From an uncultured delta proteobacterium (GTDB taxonomy: Bacteria > Myxococcota_A > Polyangia > Polyangiales > Polyangiaceae), in contig CAWJCS010000001.1 in the NCBI GenBank assembly GCA_963841435.1, forward strand, positions 96,001 through 160,000: a stretch of 64,000 nucleotides of DNA, in the 5' to 3' direction. Positions 22,868 through 33,072 of this stretch are shown here, piece after piece; position 1 is the first letter of the stretch, and each line of letters opens with the position of its first letter. Made by a program: the position numbers and the translations under genes. The notes below the pieces were generated by a model, which saw only the letters and a list, made by a program, of their open reading frames with translations, ran no database searches and was not told where the DNA came from.

Positions 22868-24640
22868 TCAGGGTAGTGTTTCGACGAGCGGCGGGGGCGA
22901 GAGGCGCTCGGCCTGGAAAGAGCCGTTGTTGGCCGGCAGGACGATCTCCCACACGACCTTGCCGGCACGCGTCACCTCGAAGATGCGCGTCGATGCCGAC
23001 CCCGAGCGAACGCCGGCCGTGATGAGGATGTTGCCGTTCGGCAGCACGTCGGCATCACCCCAGAACGGCGCGTACCAGGTGTTCTTGTACCAGGCGTCCA
23101 CGTTGAAGCTGCCGGGGAACTCCCAGGTGCGGGTCGCCGTCTTCGCGGTTTCGTCGATCTTGTATTCGACGACGCGGGAGTGAAAATTCGAGTTTCCGCC
23201 GCCGAGGCCCGCGTAGCCGCCGTTGTCGTAGAGCAAAATGGTGCCGTCCGCGTGGATCTCGGGGTCGTGCGCGTCACTGAATTGCGACTCCGGCGGGACG
23301 AACGTGAAGTCGCCGGGGCCGAGGCTCGTCTTGTCGTACGTGCCGCCGAGGCGCCAGAGCATGTCGCCCGACGCCTTGTCGACCTTGAAGAGCCCGACGA
23401 AGCGGCAGTTGTAATAGAAGATCCCGGCTGCGTCGTCGCGCGTGAGCGCGTTTCCATGGCAGAGCTCCTCGCGCGACCCCGAGGGCGGGATGTGATCGAA
23501 GAGGTTCCACGACCAGACCACGCTGTTCGTCGCCGTGAGCTCCTCGAGTCGCTGGTCGTCGATGCGCGTGTTGCCGTTCATCACGGACTTGTCGATTTCG
23601 CGGTTCACGACGTAGTTGCCCGTCGGAAGCTTGTGCGTGAAATGCGACATCAGTTGGGCGTTGCTGTTGGCAGGGCCCGTCCACAGCACCTTGCCGGAGA
23701 AATCCACCTCCTTCGGTGAGACGCCGTTGGTGGCGCCGACGACCACGCTATTTTCGAGGAGGTCCGTCGAGACGTCGCCGCGCGAGTCCGTACCGGGGCC
23801 CTGCACGAAGTACCAGACGGGAATGCCCCCTTCGTCGTACATGACGGCGAGCGCCGACGAGGAGGGCGGCTGGACGTTGGTGAGCGTCCAACCCGGCTGG
23901 TACTCACCGGCGACGGCCACCGTTTGCATCGCAACCGGCAACGCGTTCGGCAGCGCGCCCGTCATGAACGTCCCTTCGGCGTTGCCCGAGCCCGTGGCGT
24001 TGTCGGACACGGCCTTGATTTGATAGGTCTTCTGCGCGTGCATGCCGATGACGAGCACGCGGTGGTCGGTCACGGGCGTCGCATCGCGAATGCGGAACGC
24101 GTAGGCGCCCTCGCCGAAGTCGACCTCCGAGCTTGCCGCCTCCGTCGTCGTCCACGACACGAAGCAGGAGATCGTCATGTTCGGGTTCGGGTCGATCTTG
24201 AAGCCCGAGAGCGTGAGGGTGCCGCTGCCGACGCCGGCGCCACCCGCCGAGCCGCTCGTTCCCGCCGCGCCACCGGCGCCGCTGCCGGCTGCGCCCATGC
24301 CCGCGTCACCGGCGATTCCCGCTGCGCCGCCGCTCGTCGCACCGGCGTCGGCGCCGCCCGCGCCGCCGCCGCTCGCGCCGCCCGTGCCCGCAGTCCCCGC
24401 GGCGTTGCCGCTGCCCGCCGCGCCGCCCGATAAAGCGCCCGCGCCACCGCCGGCACCGCCCGTTGCCGGCATGCCGCCACTCGTTCCAGCGCCCGCGGCT
24501 GGGGAAGCTCCCGCTCCGCCGCCCGTTCCACCCGTGGAGCTCGGCCCCGCGTTCTGTCCGGTTCCGCCGCTGCAGGCGCAGACGGTGGCCAGCAACGCGA
24601 CGCCCGTTAGACCCACTCGCGGCAAGAAACGGAAATTCAT
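22868..24640 (-). CDS. Arylsulfate sulfotransferase (ASST)-like lipoprotein
   Basis: Lipobox (VCAC), Gly linker, Ig-like N-domain (HRVLVIGM), HGN and AHD motifs, DNG, beta-propeller motifs (GDADVLPNGN). Confidence 0.75.
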   Translation of the reverse strand: MNFRFLPRVGLTGVALLATVCACSGGTGQNAGPSSTGGTGGGAGASPAAGAGTSGGMPATGGAGGGAGALSGGAAGSGNAAGTAGTGGASGGGAGGADAGATSGGAAGIAGDAGMGAAGSGAGGAAGTSGSAGGAGVGSGTLTLSGFKIDPNPNMTISCFVSWTTTEAASSEVDFGEGAYAFRIRDATPVTDHRVLVIGMHAQKTYQIKAVSDNATGSGNAEGTFMTGALPNALPVAMQTVAVAGEYQPGWTLTNVQPPSSSALAVMYDEGGIPVWYFVQGPGTDSRGDVSTDLLENSVVVGATNGVSPKEVDFSGKVLWTGPANSNAQLMSHFTHKLPTGNYVVNREIDKSVMNGNTRIDDQRLEELTATNSVVWSWNLFDHIPPSGSREELCHGNALTRDDAAGIFYYNCRFVGLFKVDKASGDMLWRLGGTYDKTSLGPGDFTFVPPESQFSDAHDPEIHADGTILLYDNGGYAGLGGGNSNFHSRVVEYKIDETAKTATRTWEFPGSFNVDAWYKNTWYAPFWGDADVLPNGNILITAGVRSGSASTRIFEVTRAGKVVWEIVLPANNGSFQAERLSPPPLVETLP

Positions 24641-24840
24641 CACCAAGGAAACCTCGTGGCTCACGTTCGAAAAAGAGTTGCGCAAAAGCGATAGTACCCA
24701 TCGCTTTCCTCGACAGGCCATCCGGGGAGCGTGTTCGACGAGCGACGGAAAAATCGTCGCGACGGCTCCGTCGGGCGAACCGTGAGACGAGATAATGGCC
24801 GTGAGAGCGGTTCACACGGCGAGGCGTTGGCTTCGAGTCG

Positions 24841-25989
24841 TCACTTGCCGAGGAAACGCTGCGAAAGCCGCTCGATGCGATGGCTCTCGGACGCTTCGAG
24901 CAACGCGACGTTGAGCGGGCCCAAGAGGGGGCTCGTGGGCTTCAACGCGAACCCATAGCCCTGCGCTTCGTAGGCTTGTCGCGAGAGCGTGAGCTCGACA
25001 TCGGCACGGGACTTCAGGAAGTACTGGAGAGCAGGTCGATCATGGACCACCGCGAGCACCTGCTCTTTTTCGAGCGCCGCGATCGCGGCGTCGAGCGACG
25101 CGAAGGGCACGGGACGCGCGCCGAGACTGGTCGTGAATTCGGCGCCAACCGTGCCGCGAACGACGCCCACGCGCCGGCCGTCGAGGTCGTCCGCGCTCGC
25201 GACGACACTCTGGTCGAGCTGCGAGAGCGTGAGCGTCGTCGCGATGCCGGCCGTCAGCGAGCTCGCGGTGATCATGGCGATCACCATCCACCCTCCTGCG
25301 AGAATCCGTCCTGCCATCGTCACGGGAACACGATCGCCGTAGCCGACCGTCGTCATCGTGACGAGTGCGAACCAGAGCCCGTTGCCGATGCCGCGCACGA
25401 TGGAGGGTGGAAACATCTCGGGGTTCCTCTTGCGTTCGGCGATCCACAAAAGCGTTCCGACGGCGAGCAGCACGACCAGGAGCGAGGAGGCGCCGAAGAA
25501 GAACGTTCGACTGAGAAACGGTGCGGCCCGATGCCAGAAGGAACCCGCGGGGCGTGTCAGGATCCCGAGCGAGGCCTGGAAATAGGGCTGGGTGAAGCGA
25601 ACCTGCATCGCGCGCTCCGCCGTGATGCTGATGGGACCGACGAGCACGTCGAGCGCGCCGTGGGCCGTTTCGGCGATGCCTTCGGCCACGCTCGGTACCG
25701 GCACGAGGTCGTACTCGACTCGAGCGCTCCGCGCGACGTCCCTCCACACCTCCACGCTGAGCCCACCGAGCCTACCGTCCTCTTCCTGTACGAAGGGCTT
25801 CGAGCCGACCACACCGACCTTGAGGCGAGGATTGGCCGGCGTGGGTGCCACGGGGGGTGGCGCCGAGGACGAAATGGCGGAGGAGGCCGGAGCGAGCGGC
25901 GCCGCGGCCGGCCCCGCCGCGAACAGCACGCCGGCGAGCGCGACGCCGACCACGATGACGGCTCTGGGCGGCCAAGCGTGCCCTTGCAT
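24841..25989 (-). CDS. GluR0-like ligand-gated K+ channel (solute-binding S1, two TM helices with pore loop, S2)
   Basis: PBP family 3 halves (SITAER..FTQPY; YGFAL) flank WFALVTMTTVGYGD K+ filter. Confidence 0.9.
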   Translation of the reverse strand: MQGHAWPPRAVIVVGVALAGVLFAAGPAAAPLAPASSAISSSAPPPVAPTPANPRLKVGVVGSKPFVQEEDGRLGGLSVEVWRDVARSARVEYDLVPVPSVAEGIAETAHGALDVLVGPISITAERAMQVRFTQPYFQASLGILTRPAGSFWHRAAPFLSRTFFFGASSLLVVLLAVGTLLWIAERKRNPEMFPPSIVRGIGNGLWFALVTMTTVGYGDRVPVTMAGRILAGGWMVIAMITASSLTAGIATTLTLSQLDQSVVASADDLDGRRVGVVRGTVGAEFTTSLGARPVPFASLDAAIAALEKEQVLAVVHDRPALQYFLKSRADVELTLSRQAYEAQGYGFALKPTSPLLGPLNVALLEASESHRIERLSQRFLGK

Positions 25990-26339
25990 CTCTTTTCGAC
26001 TAGGTCATTTGACATTCGGTCTGCAAGTGCGCGGAGGCGAGAATCCGTGGCGCCCTCGGGGACCGATGCGGCAGGTGCCGGGATGGAATGCGGCGCGGCG
26101 TGTCGCGCATCTGCGGGGTCGAGCGGACGGGGATCGCGGCGGCGCGCGGCGACGGATCGCCGGGAAAAGACCGCCGAACGAAGGGTCATGAGGTCCTCCG
26201 GGCGAGCCGGACTGAGGCCGTGCAGGGGCGACTTCTTCGTTCGAGCTCCACCGGTCGAAAAAGGGGGTATGCTTCGCTGGCGCGCTGACCCTCCGGCGTC
26301 GGCCGCCCATGTCACGGTCCTTCCGGCACGGAGGTTCAG

Positions 26340-26663
26340 ATGACATTCATGCGCATGGTCGTGGTTGCAATCGCCGCACCCTCTTTGATGGTGCTTGCCT
26401 GCCGCTACTCGGAGCCAGAGCCCAAGGTGGGCGACAAAGACGAGAGCCCTCCGCTCCCTCCCGAGTCGCCGCCGCCGTCGGACGACAGCCCGGAGCCGGC
26501 TACCGGGGAGAAGGGCGTCGCCGAGAGCGCCAAGCTTCCCCCGCCACCCACGGGCGCCTGTGACGACAGGGCGTGCGTGGCCACCGAAGACTGCTGTGGC
26601 GGCTACGCGTGCGGGTTCGATCCCGAGCGCAGCAGGGTGCAGCGCTTCTGTCTGCCACAGTGA
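26340..26663 (+). CDS. Small lipoprotein with Pro-rich stalk and C-terminal six-Cys motif
   Basis: GGAGG RBS; VLAC lipobox; C-x4-C-x5-CC-x4-C-x12-C. Confidence 0.75.
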   Translation: MTFMRMVVVAIAAPSLMVLACRYSEPEPKVGDKDESPPLPPESPPPSDDSPEPATGEKGVAESAKLPPPPTGACDDRACVATEDCCGGYACGFDPERSRVQRFCLPQ

Positions 26664-26700
26664 GCGCGCCTCGGGGCGCTGCCGCGTCGCAACCGAATTC

Positions 26701-27151
26701 CTATTTTACCACGACGGGTGGCCGCGGCGGCGTGTGATCGGAGATCACGCACGCCGAGAGGTCGAACAGCATGAAGACCAGGACTTTCTCCTGGGGTGTC
26801 AGGGTCGTCGTGCGACAGCCGGTCGGGAACGGCAGGCCGGGCGAGGACTGGTCGCCGTTGGCGTCGTTGGTCGTGACGTGGATACCCCGTGAGGTTGCCG
26901 CTGCCCGCTTCGGGCGGCACGAAGTCGATGCCGGCCGAGCCGCCGCTCGTACCGCCGCCGGCGCCGGGGCTCGTGCCGCCGCCGCCGGACACGGAGATCA
27001 TGCCGCGGCCGCCGGCGCCCGATGCCGCGTCGTCCGAGCTGCCTCCGCTCGCATCGCAGCCCTCGGAGAGCAAAGCGAGCCCGAGGAGCACCGAACCCAG
27101 GGCCGCCCCGCCGAGCCCGTGCCGCCGAGCGAGCGCTCCGTGTGTGCGCAT
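26701..27151 (-). pseudogene. Internally deleted, frameshifted lipoprotein remnant
   Basis: Signal with SEGC lipobox and Gly linker, joined out of frame near 26885 to a tail FPTGC..LTPQEKVLVFMLFDLSACV. Confidence 0.6.
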
Positions 27152-27321
27152 CCCTTACAAATCGTACGAGCCGGGCCGTGTGGGGTCAACGCGGGTTCGC
27201 TAGACCCGCCACAGTCCGAAGTCATGCTCGCGTGCTACGGTTTCACTGCTTCAGGGAACTTTCGCTCCTGTCGGATCGTCAGCCTCAAAGTGTGGGCCCT
27301 GATTTCGTGTCAACCTCGGAC

Positions 27322-29226
27322 GTGACCAGCGAGGACATCCAGGCTTCCGAAGCCTCCGAAGCCGATTTTCGGCGTCTCGGTGCCGCGGCGCGTCGTGCTT
27401 CGCGACGATTGCGGACCAGCGTGGCGCTCGCTGCCGCGCTGCGGTGGCTCCCGTTCGCGCTGCTCGCTGTGATCGTGGCGCTCGCCGTGGCGAAGCTTCG
27501 GCCGTCCCAGGCCAGTGATCGCTGGGTGCTCGGGCTGGCCGCCGGTGGCCTCGCGCTCGTCCTCGCCGGGGTGGTGCGTGCGCTCACGCGGCCCCGCCCG
27601 TTGCTCGCCGGCGCGATCGCGCTCGATCGACACCACGGGCTCGCGGGGCGCGTCGCGAACGCGCTTTCGTTCCGCGCCGTCCCCGCGGCGGAGCGCACGC
27701 CGCTCATGGAGCTTGCCATGCGTGACGGGGCGGGCGTGGCCAAGAAGCTCGATCCGCGCCGTGCGGTGCCCATTCCCGTGCCGCGAGAGACGTGGCTCGT
27801 GGTCGCGCTGGTCGTGGGGCTCGGCGGGCTTTGCATGCTCGAGGTGCCGAGCGTGCGCCATGTGCCTCCGCCGCCCGCACCCAAGCCGCTCCTCATGGGT
27901 GCGGACGATCTCGAGCTCTTCCGTGATCTCGGCGCGGAGCTCGCGCGCGAGAGCAAGAGTCCCGAGCAGCTGGCGGCCGTCGGCCGCTACAACAAGCTGG
28001 TCGAGGACATCGCCGACCACCGCGTCGATCGCCACGAGGTGTTCCGGCGGCTCGCCGAGATCGAGCGCGACCTGTCGCAGGGGCTCGCCGAAGAGCGCGA
28101 GGCGCTCGACGAAGGGCTCGCGGCGGTGGCGCGCGAGCTCGGGCGCAGCCCCATGACGCGCAAAGCTTCGGAGGCACTGTCCGAGAACAAGCTCGACGAC
28201 GCCGAAAAGGCCCTGCGGGAGCTCGCCCAGAAGCTCAAGAAGGGCACGCCCAAGCCGAGCGCGGCCGAGCTCGAGCGGCTGCGCCAGGCGCTCACGCGGG
28301 CGAGCGAGCAGAGCCGCGAGCGCACGCAGGCCATCGAAGCGCGGCGGCGCGAGCTCGCCGAGGAGCGCGAGAGCCTGCTCAAGAAGAAGCGTGAGGCCGG
28401 CGACGCCGGGGCCAACCCGAAGCTCGACAAGGAGCTCGACGACAACCAGCGAAAGCTCGAGCATCTCGAGCGTGAGAGCTCGAGGGCGCGCCGCGGCCAG
28501 GAGCAGCTCTCGGAGCTCGACAAGGAGCTCGCCAAGGCTGCCGCGGATCTTCGCAAGGAGCTCGGCAAGGCCGGCGAGGACCTCGAGCGCGGCGCCGAGA
28601 ACGTCAATCGCATGGCGCGCGAGAAGCTCGACGACGACGCCAAGCGCGAGCTCATCCGCCGCTTGCGCGAGATGCGCGAGGTCCTACGCCAGGAAGGACA
28701 GGGTGGCGAGGGACGCAAGGAACGCCTGAAGCGCTTCAGCCAACGCGCGCGCGGCAAGGGTCAGGAGGACGGCGAGGGCGAGGGCCAGCAGAAGGGCCAA
28801 AAAGGCAAGGGCCGCGGACGCCCCGAGCTCCGGCTAGGCTCGGGCGATCGCGCCGTCGAGATCCCCGGTGGCAGCGCGCCGTCTCCCGGCGGCGGCCAGA
28901 AGCCCGGTGATGGTTCGGGCGGCGACGGCAAGCAGGCAGGCCCCGGCTGGGGAAATTCCCACGACCCGAATCTCGCTGGCGAACGCTCGAAGCTCGCGGG
29001 CAACACCACTGACGTGAGCGCCGCCGGCATCGACACCGGTGAAGGCACGGCGAGCGCCGAGGTCATTTACGGCGCCGCCGAGCGTGGATTCACCGGCAAG
29101 GGCTACAAGGAGGTGTTCACGGACTACCAAACGGTGTCCGAGCAGGTGCTGGAGAAAGATCAGATCCCGCCCGGCTATCGCTTCTACGTGCGCCGCTACT
29201 TCCAGCTCATTCGCCCTCGCGAGTGA
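27322..29226 (+). CDS. Membrane-anchored coiled-coil protein, first gene of the MoxR operon
   Basis: About three N-terminal TM helices, long heptad region, Gly-rich tail, C-terminal IPPGYRFYVRRYF; start codon uncertain. Confidence 0.8.
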   Translation: MTSEDIQASEASEADFRRLGAAARRASRRLRTSVALAAALRWLPFALLAVIVALAVAKLRPSQASDRWVLGLAAGGLALVLAGVVRALTRPRPLLAGAIALDRHHGLAGRVANALSFRAVPAAERTPLMELAMRDGAGVAKKLDPRRAVPIPVPRETWLVVALVVGLGGLCMLEVPSVRHVPPPPAPKPLLMGADDLELFRDLGAELARESKSPEQLAAVGRYNKLVEDIADHRVDRHEVFRRLAEIERDLSQGLAEEREALDEGLAAVARELGRSPMTRKASEALSENKLDDAEKALRELAQKLKKGTPKPSAAELERLRQALTRASEQSRERTQAIEARRRELAEERESLLKKKREAGDAGANPKLDKELDDNQRKLEHLERESSRARRGQEQLSELDKELAKAAADLRKELGKAGEDLERGAENVNRMAREKLDDDAKRELIRRLREMREVLRQEGQGGEGRKERLKRFSQRARGKGQEDGEGEGQQKGQKGKGRGRPELRLGSGDRAVEIPGGSAPSPGGGQKPGDGSGGDGKQAGPGWGNSHDPNLAGERSKLAGNTTDVSAAGIDTGEGTASAEVIYGAAERGFTGKGYKEVFTDYQTVSEQVLEKDQIPPGYRFYVRRYFQLIRPRE

Positions 29227-29258
29227 CTTCAATTGGCCGAGCATCCGAGGAAACAAGC

Positions 29259-30260
<1,002 letters not shown>

Positions 30261-30262
30261 CG

Positions 30263-31195
30263 ATGGGGCTTCTCGCCAGATTCCAGCGGCGCGCCGAGGC
30301 GCGCGTCGAGGCGTCGCGCGAGCCGTTGTTCGACGACGAGTTCCAGCGCCGGCTCGAGACGCTGGCGCTCGTGAGTCGCCGCGTGTTCACGGGCAGGCTT
30401 CGCGCCGAGCGCCGCACGCGCAAGAAGGGCAGCGGCGTCGAGTTCGCCGATCATCGCGACTACGTTCCTGGCGACGACATCCGCTCGATCGACTGGAACG
30501 TGTATCAGCGCTTCGGGCGCTTGCTCGTGCGCCTCTACGAAGAAGAGGAAGATCTTTCGATCTACTTCTTGCTCGACTGCTCCGGCTCGATGGGCTTCGG
30601 GGCTCGCGACAAGTTCGACCAGGCGCGGCGCCTCGTTGCGGCGCTCGCCTACGTCGGTCTCGCAAACCTCGACCGTGTCACGCTCGTCGCCGTCACCGAC
30701 TCCGTGCTCGAGCGCATGCCCGCGACGCGCGGCAAGGGTCGCATCTTCACCGTGTTTCGCTTCCTCGAGCGGCTCGTGCCGCGCGGACGCACGGACCTGT
30801 CGGAGGCGCTGAAGACCTTCGCGGCCGAGCACAAACGCCGTGGGCTCGCCGTGCTGGTGAGCGACCTCTACGACCCGGCCGGGTTCGAGCGCGGCATCAA
30901 CGTGCTGCGATTCGAGGGTTTCGAGCCCTACGTCCTGCACCTCGTCGACCCTAAGGACGCCCACCCAAACCTCGGCGGCGACGTGCTCGTGTACGACTGC
31001 GAAACGGGAGACGAGCGCGAGGTCACGGTCACGCCCGCGGTACTCGCCAAGCTCGAGGGCGCTTTTCACGATTACTCGTCGCGCATCGAGCGCTTCTGCA
31101 AGGACAAGCAGGTGCCGTACCTCGCCGCCGACGCCGAGACCCCGTTCGACCAGATCGTGCTGCGGGCGTTTCGTCAGGGAGGGTTTCTGCGCTGA
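30263..31195 (+). CDS. DUF58 domain protein
   Basis: GSGVEFADHRDYVPGDDIRSIDW; DCSGSM; VSD. Confidence 0.95.
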   Translation: MGLLARFQRRAEARVEASREPLFDDEFQRRLETLALVSRRVFTGRLRAERRTRKKGSGVEFADHRDYVPGDDIRSIDWNVYQRFGRLLVRLYEEEEDLSIYFLLDCSGSMGFGARDKFDQARRLVAALAYVGLANLDRVTLVAVTDSVLERMPATRGKGRIFTVFRFLERLVPRGRTDLSEALKTFAAEHKRRGLAVLVSDLYDPAGFERGINVLRFEGFEPYVLHLVDPKDAHPNLGGDVLVYDCETGDEREVTVTPAVLAKLEGAFHDYSSRIERFCKDKQVPYLAADAETPFDQIVLRAFRQGGFLR

Positions 31196-33072
31196 TGACG
31201 TTCGCGGGGTTGCCGCTCGCCACCCTGCTCGGGGTCGGGGGCGCCGCCGGGGCGCTCACGGTGCTGTTCTACGTGCTCAAGCTCAGGCGCCGGCCCGTGG
31301 CCGTGCCGTTCACGCCGCTCTGGCACCGCGTGCTCGGCGACCGTGACGCGAGTCGGCTGTTTTCCCAGCTCAAACGCTGGTTGTCGCTGCTGTTGCAGCT
31401 GGCGCTGCTCGCGGCAATGCTCGTCGCGCTCGGTGATCCGCGGCCGACGGCGGCGCTCGGCGAAGGCCGCAACGTGGTGTTGCTCGTCGATGCGAGCGCC
31501 TCCATGAAGGCGACTGACGTGCTGCCGACCCGTCTCGAGCGCGCCAAGGACGAGGCGAGAGCCATCGTGCGCGGCCTGGGCGGCAGCGACCGCGCGCTCG
31601 TCGTGCAGATGGGGCAGGTGCCCGTGCCGCTTTCGACGCTGAGCGGCGACGCGACGGAGCTCGTTCCCGCGGTCGACCGCATTCGCGCCGCGGACACGCG
31701 TGCGGACCTCGCTCGAGCGCTCGAGCTCGCTCGCGACGCCCTGCATGGCCTTCTGCGCGCCGAGATTGTCGTCATCGGCGACGGTCAGGGCTCGAAGCTC
31801 GATCCCGTCCCGGATCTCGGGGGCGCGGCGCTTCGCTTCGTGCCCGTGGGAAAAAGCGGAAAGAATCTCGCCCTCACGGGATTTTCGGTGCGGCGCTATC
31901 CACTCGACAAGTCGCGGCTCGAGGTCATGGCCGAGGTGTCGAACTCGAGCAGTGAGCGTGCCGAGGTCGAGCTGTCCTTGTGGGGCGACGGCAGCATCGT
32001 CGATAGCGAGCGGCTGTCGGTCGACGCAGGGGAGAGCGTCGCCCGCTTCTTCCCCGACGTGGGCGGTGCTCGCCACGCGCTCGAAGCGCGGCTCGGTTAC
32101 GCGGACGGCAAGAAGGACGATCTGCCCGCGGACGATCGCGCCTACGCGCTCGTCCCCGAACGACGCCGCGCACGGGTGCTCGTCGTGACCCCGGGCAACA
32201 CCTACCTCGAGGCGGCACTCCTGCTCGACGAGTACCTCGACGTGACCGACGTGGCGCCCTCGGAATACCCCGCGCCCGGACGCTTCGAAGCGACGATCTT
32301 CGATGGCGTCGCGCCCGTGCCCGCCGCCGGGTCGGGCGGTCTCGTCTATCTGAATCCGCCGGCCGACGGCAGCCCCGTGAAGGTGGGCAAGGCGATCGAG
32401 GCGTTCGGGTTCGACACCTGGGACAGAAAGAGCCCGTTGTTGCGTTTTGCCGCGATGGGCGACATCCAGGTCGCAGCGGGGCATGCGTTCGAGCCCGCTT
32501 CCGGGGACAAAGTCGTCGGGGCGAGCGAGCTCGGACCCCTGCTCGTCAGCGGCTCGCGCGGCGGGCAGCGCTTCGTCGCGCTTGCGTTCGACCCGCGCAA
32601 GAGTGACTTCGTGCTCCGCCCCGCGTGGCCGCTCTTCGTGCTCGACGCCATCGACTCGTTCAACGAGTCTGACGCGAGCTACCTGTCGTCGTACCGCACC
32701 GGCGAAGTGTGGCGTGTCCCGGTGCCGGAGGGTGCGGAAGAAGCGGAGCTCACGGGGCCCGGCGGCGTCCAGCGTCGCGTTCCCGTCGAGGACGGTCGCG
32801 CCGTCACGTTCGGCGAGCTCGCCGGCTTCTACAAGCTCGCGAGCGGCAAGGGCACGGAACGCGTCGTGAGCGAGTTCGCCGCGAACCTCTCCGACCCGAG
32901 CGAGAGCCAAATCCTCCCCGAAAAGTCGCTCAAGCTCGGCACGCTCGCCGCGACGGCGCCGCCACCGCCAGCGCCCGGGCTGCGCCGCGAGATTTGGATC
33001 TGGCTGCTCGGTGCCGTGCTCGTGCTGTCACTCGTCGAGTGGATCACCTACCACCGGAGGGTCACGGTTTGA
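31195..33072 (+). CDS. BatA-like N-terminal double-TM, vWA-domain membrane protein
   Basis: N-terminal BatA-type helices; DASASM MIDAS; C-terminal TM ending EW; TGATG coupling. Confidence 0.88.
   Translation: MTFAGLPLATLLGVGGAAGALTVLFYVLKLRRRPVAVPFTPLWHRVLGDRDASRLFSQLKRWLSLLLQLALLAAMLVALGDPRPTAALGEGRNVVLLVDASASMKATDVLPTRLERAKDEARAIVRGLGGSDRALVVQMGQVPVPLSTLSGDATELVPAVDRIRAADTRADLARALELARDALHGLLRAEIVVIGDGQGSKLDPVPDLGGAALRFVPVGKSGKNLALTGFSVRRYPLDKSRLEVMAEVSNSSSERAEVELSLWGDGSIVDSERLSVDAGESVARFFPDVGGARHALEARLGYADGKKDDLPADDRAYALVPERRRARVLVVTPGNTYLEAALLLDEYLDVTDVAPSEYPAPGRFEATIFDGVAPVPAAGSGGLVYLNPPADGSPVKVGKAIEAFGFDTWDRKSPLLRFAAMGDIQVAAGHAFEPASGDKVVGASELGPLLVSGSRGGQRFVALAFDPRKSDFVLRPAWPLFVLDAIDSFNESDASYLSSYRTGEVWRVPVPEGAEEAELTGPGGVQRRVPVEDGRAVTFGELAGFYKLASGKGTERVVSEFAANLSDPSESQILPEKSLKLGTLAATAPPPPAPGLRREIWIWLLGAVLVLSLVEWITYHRRVTV

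Noticed and set aside
25990..26339. Long intergenic region with TTGACA, possible riboswitch or small ORF
   Set aside because: No matching -10 box, no recognisable riboswitch motif and no convincing coding signature
26613..26624. GGGTTCGATCCC resembling a tRNA T-loop
   Set aside because: Lies inside a CDS (GFDP) and no cloverleaf can be built
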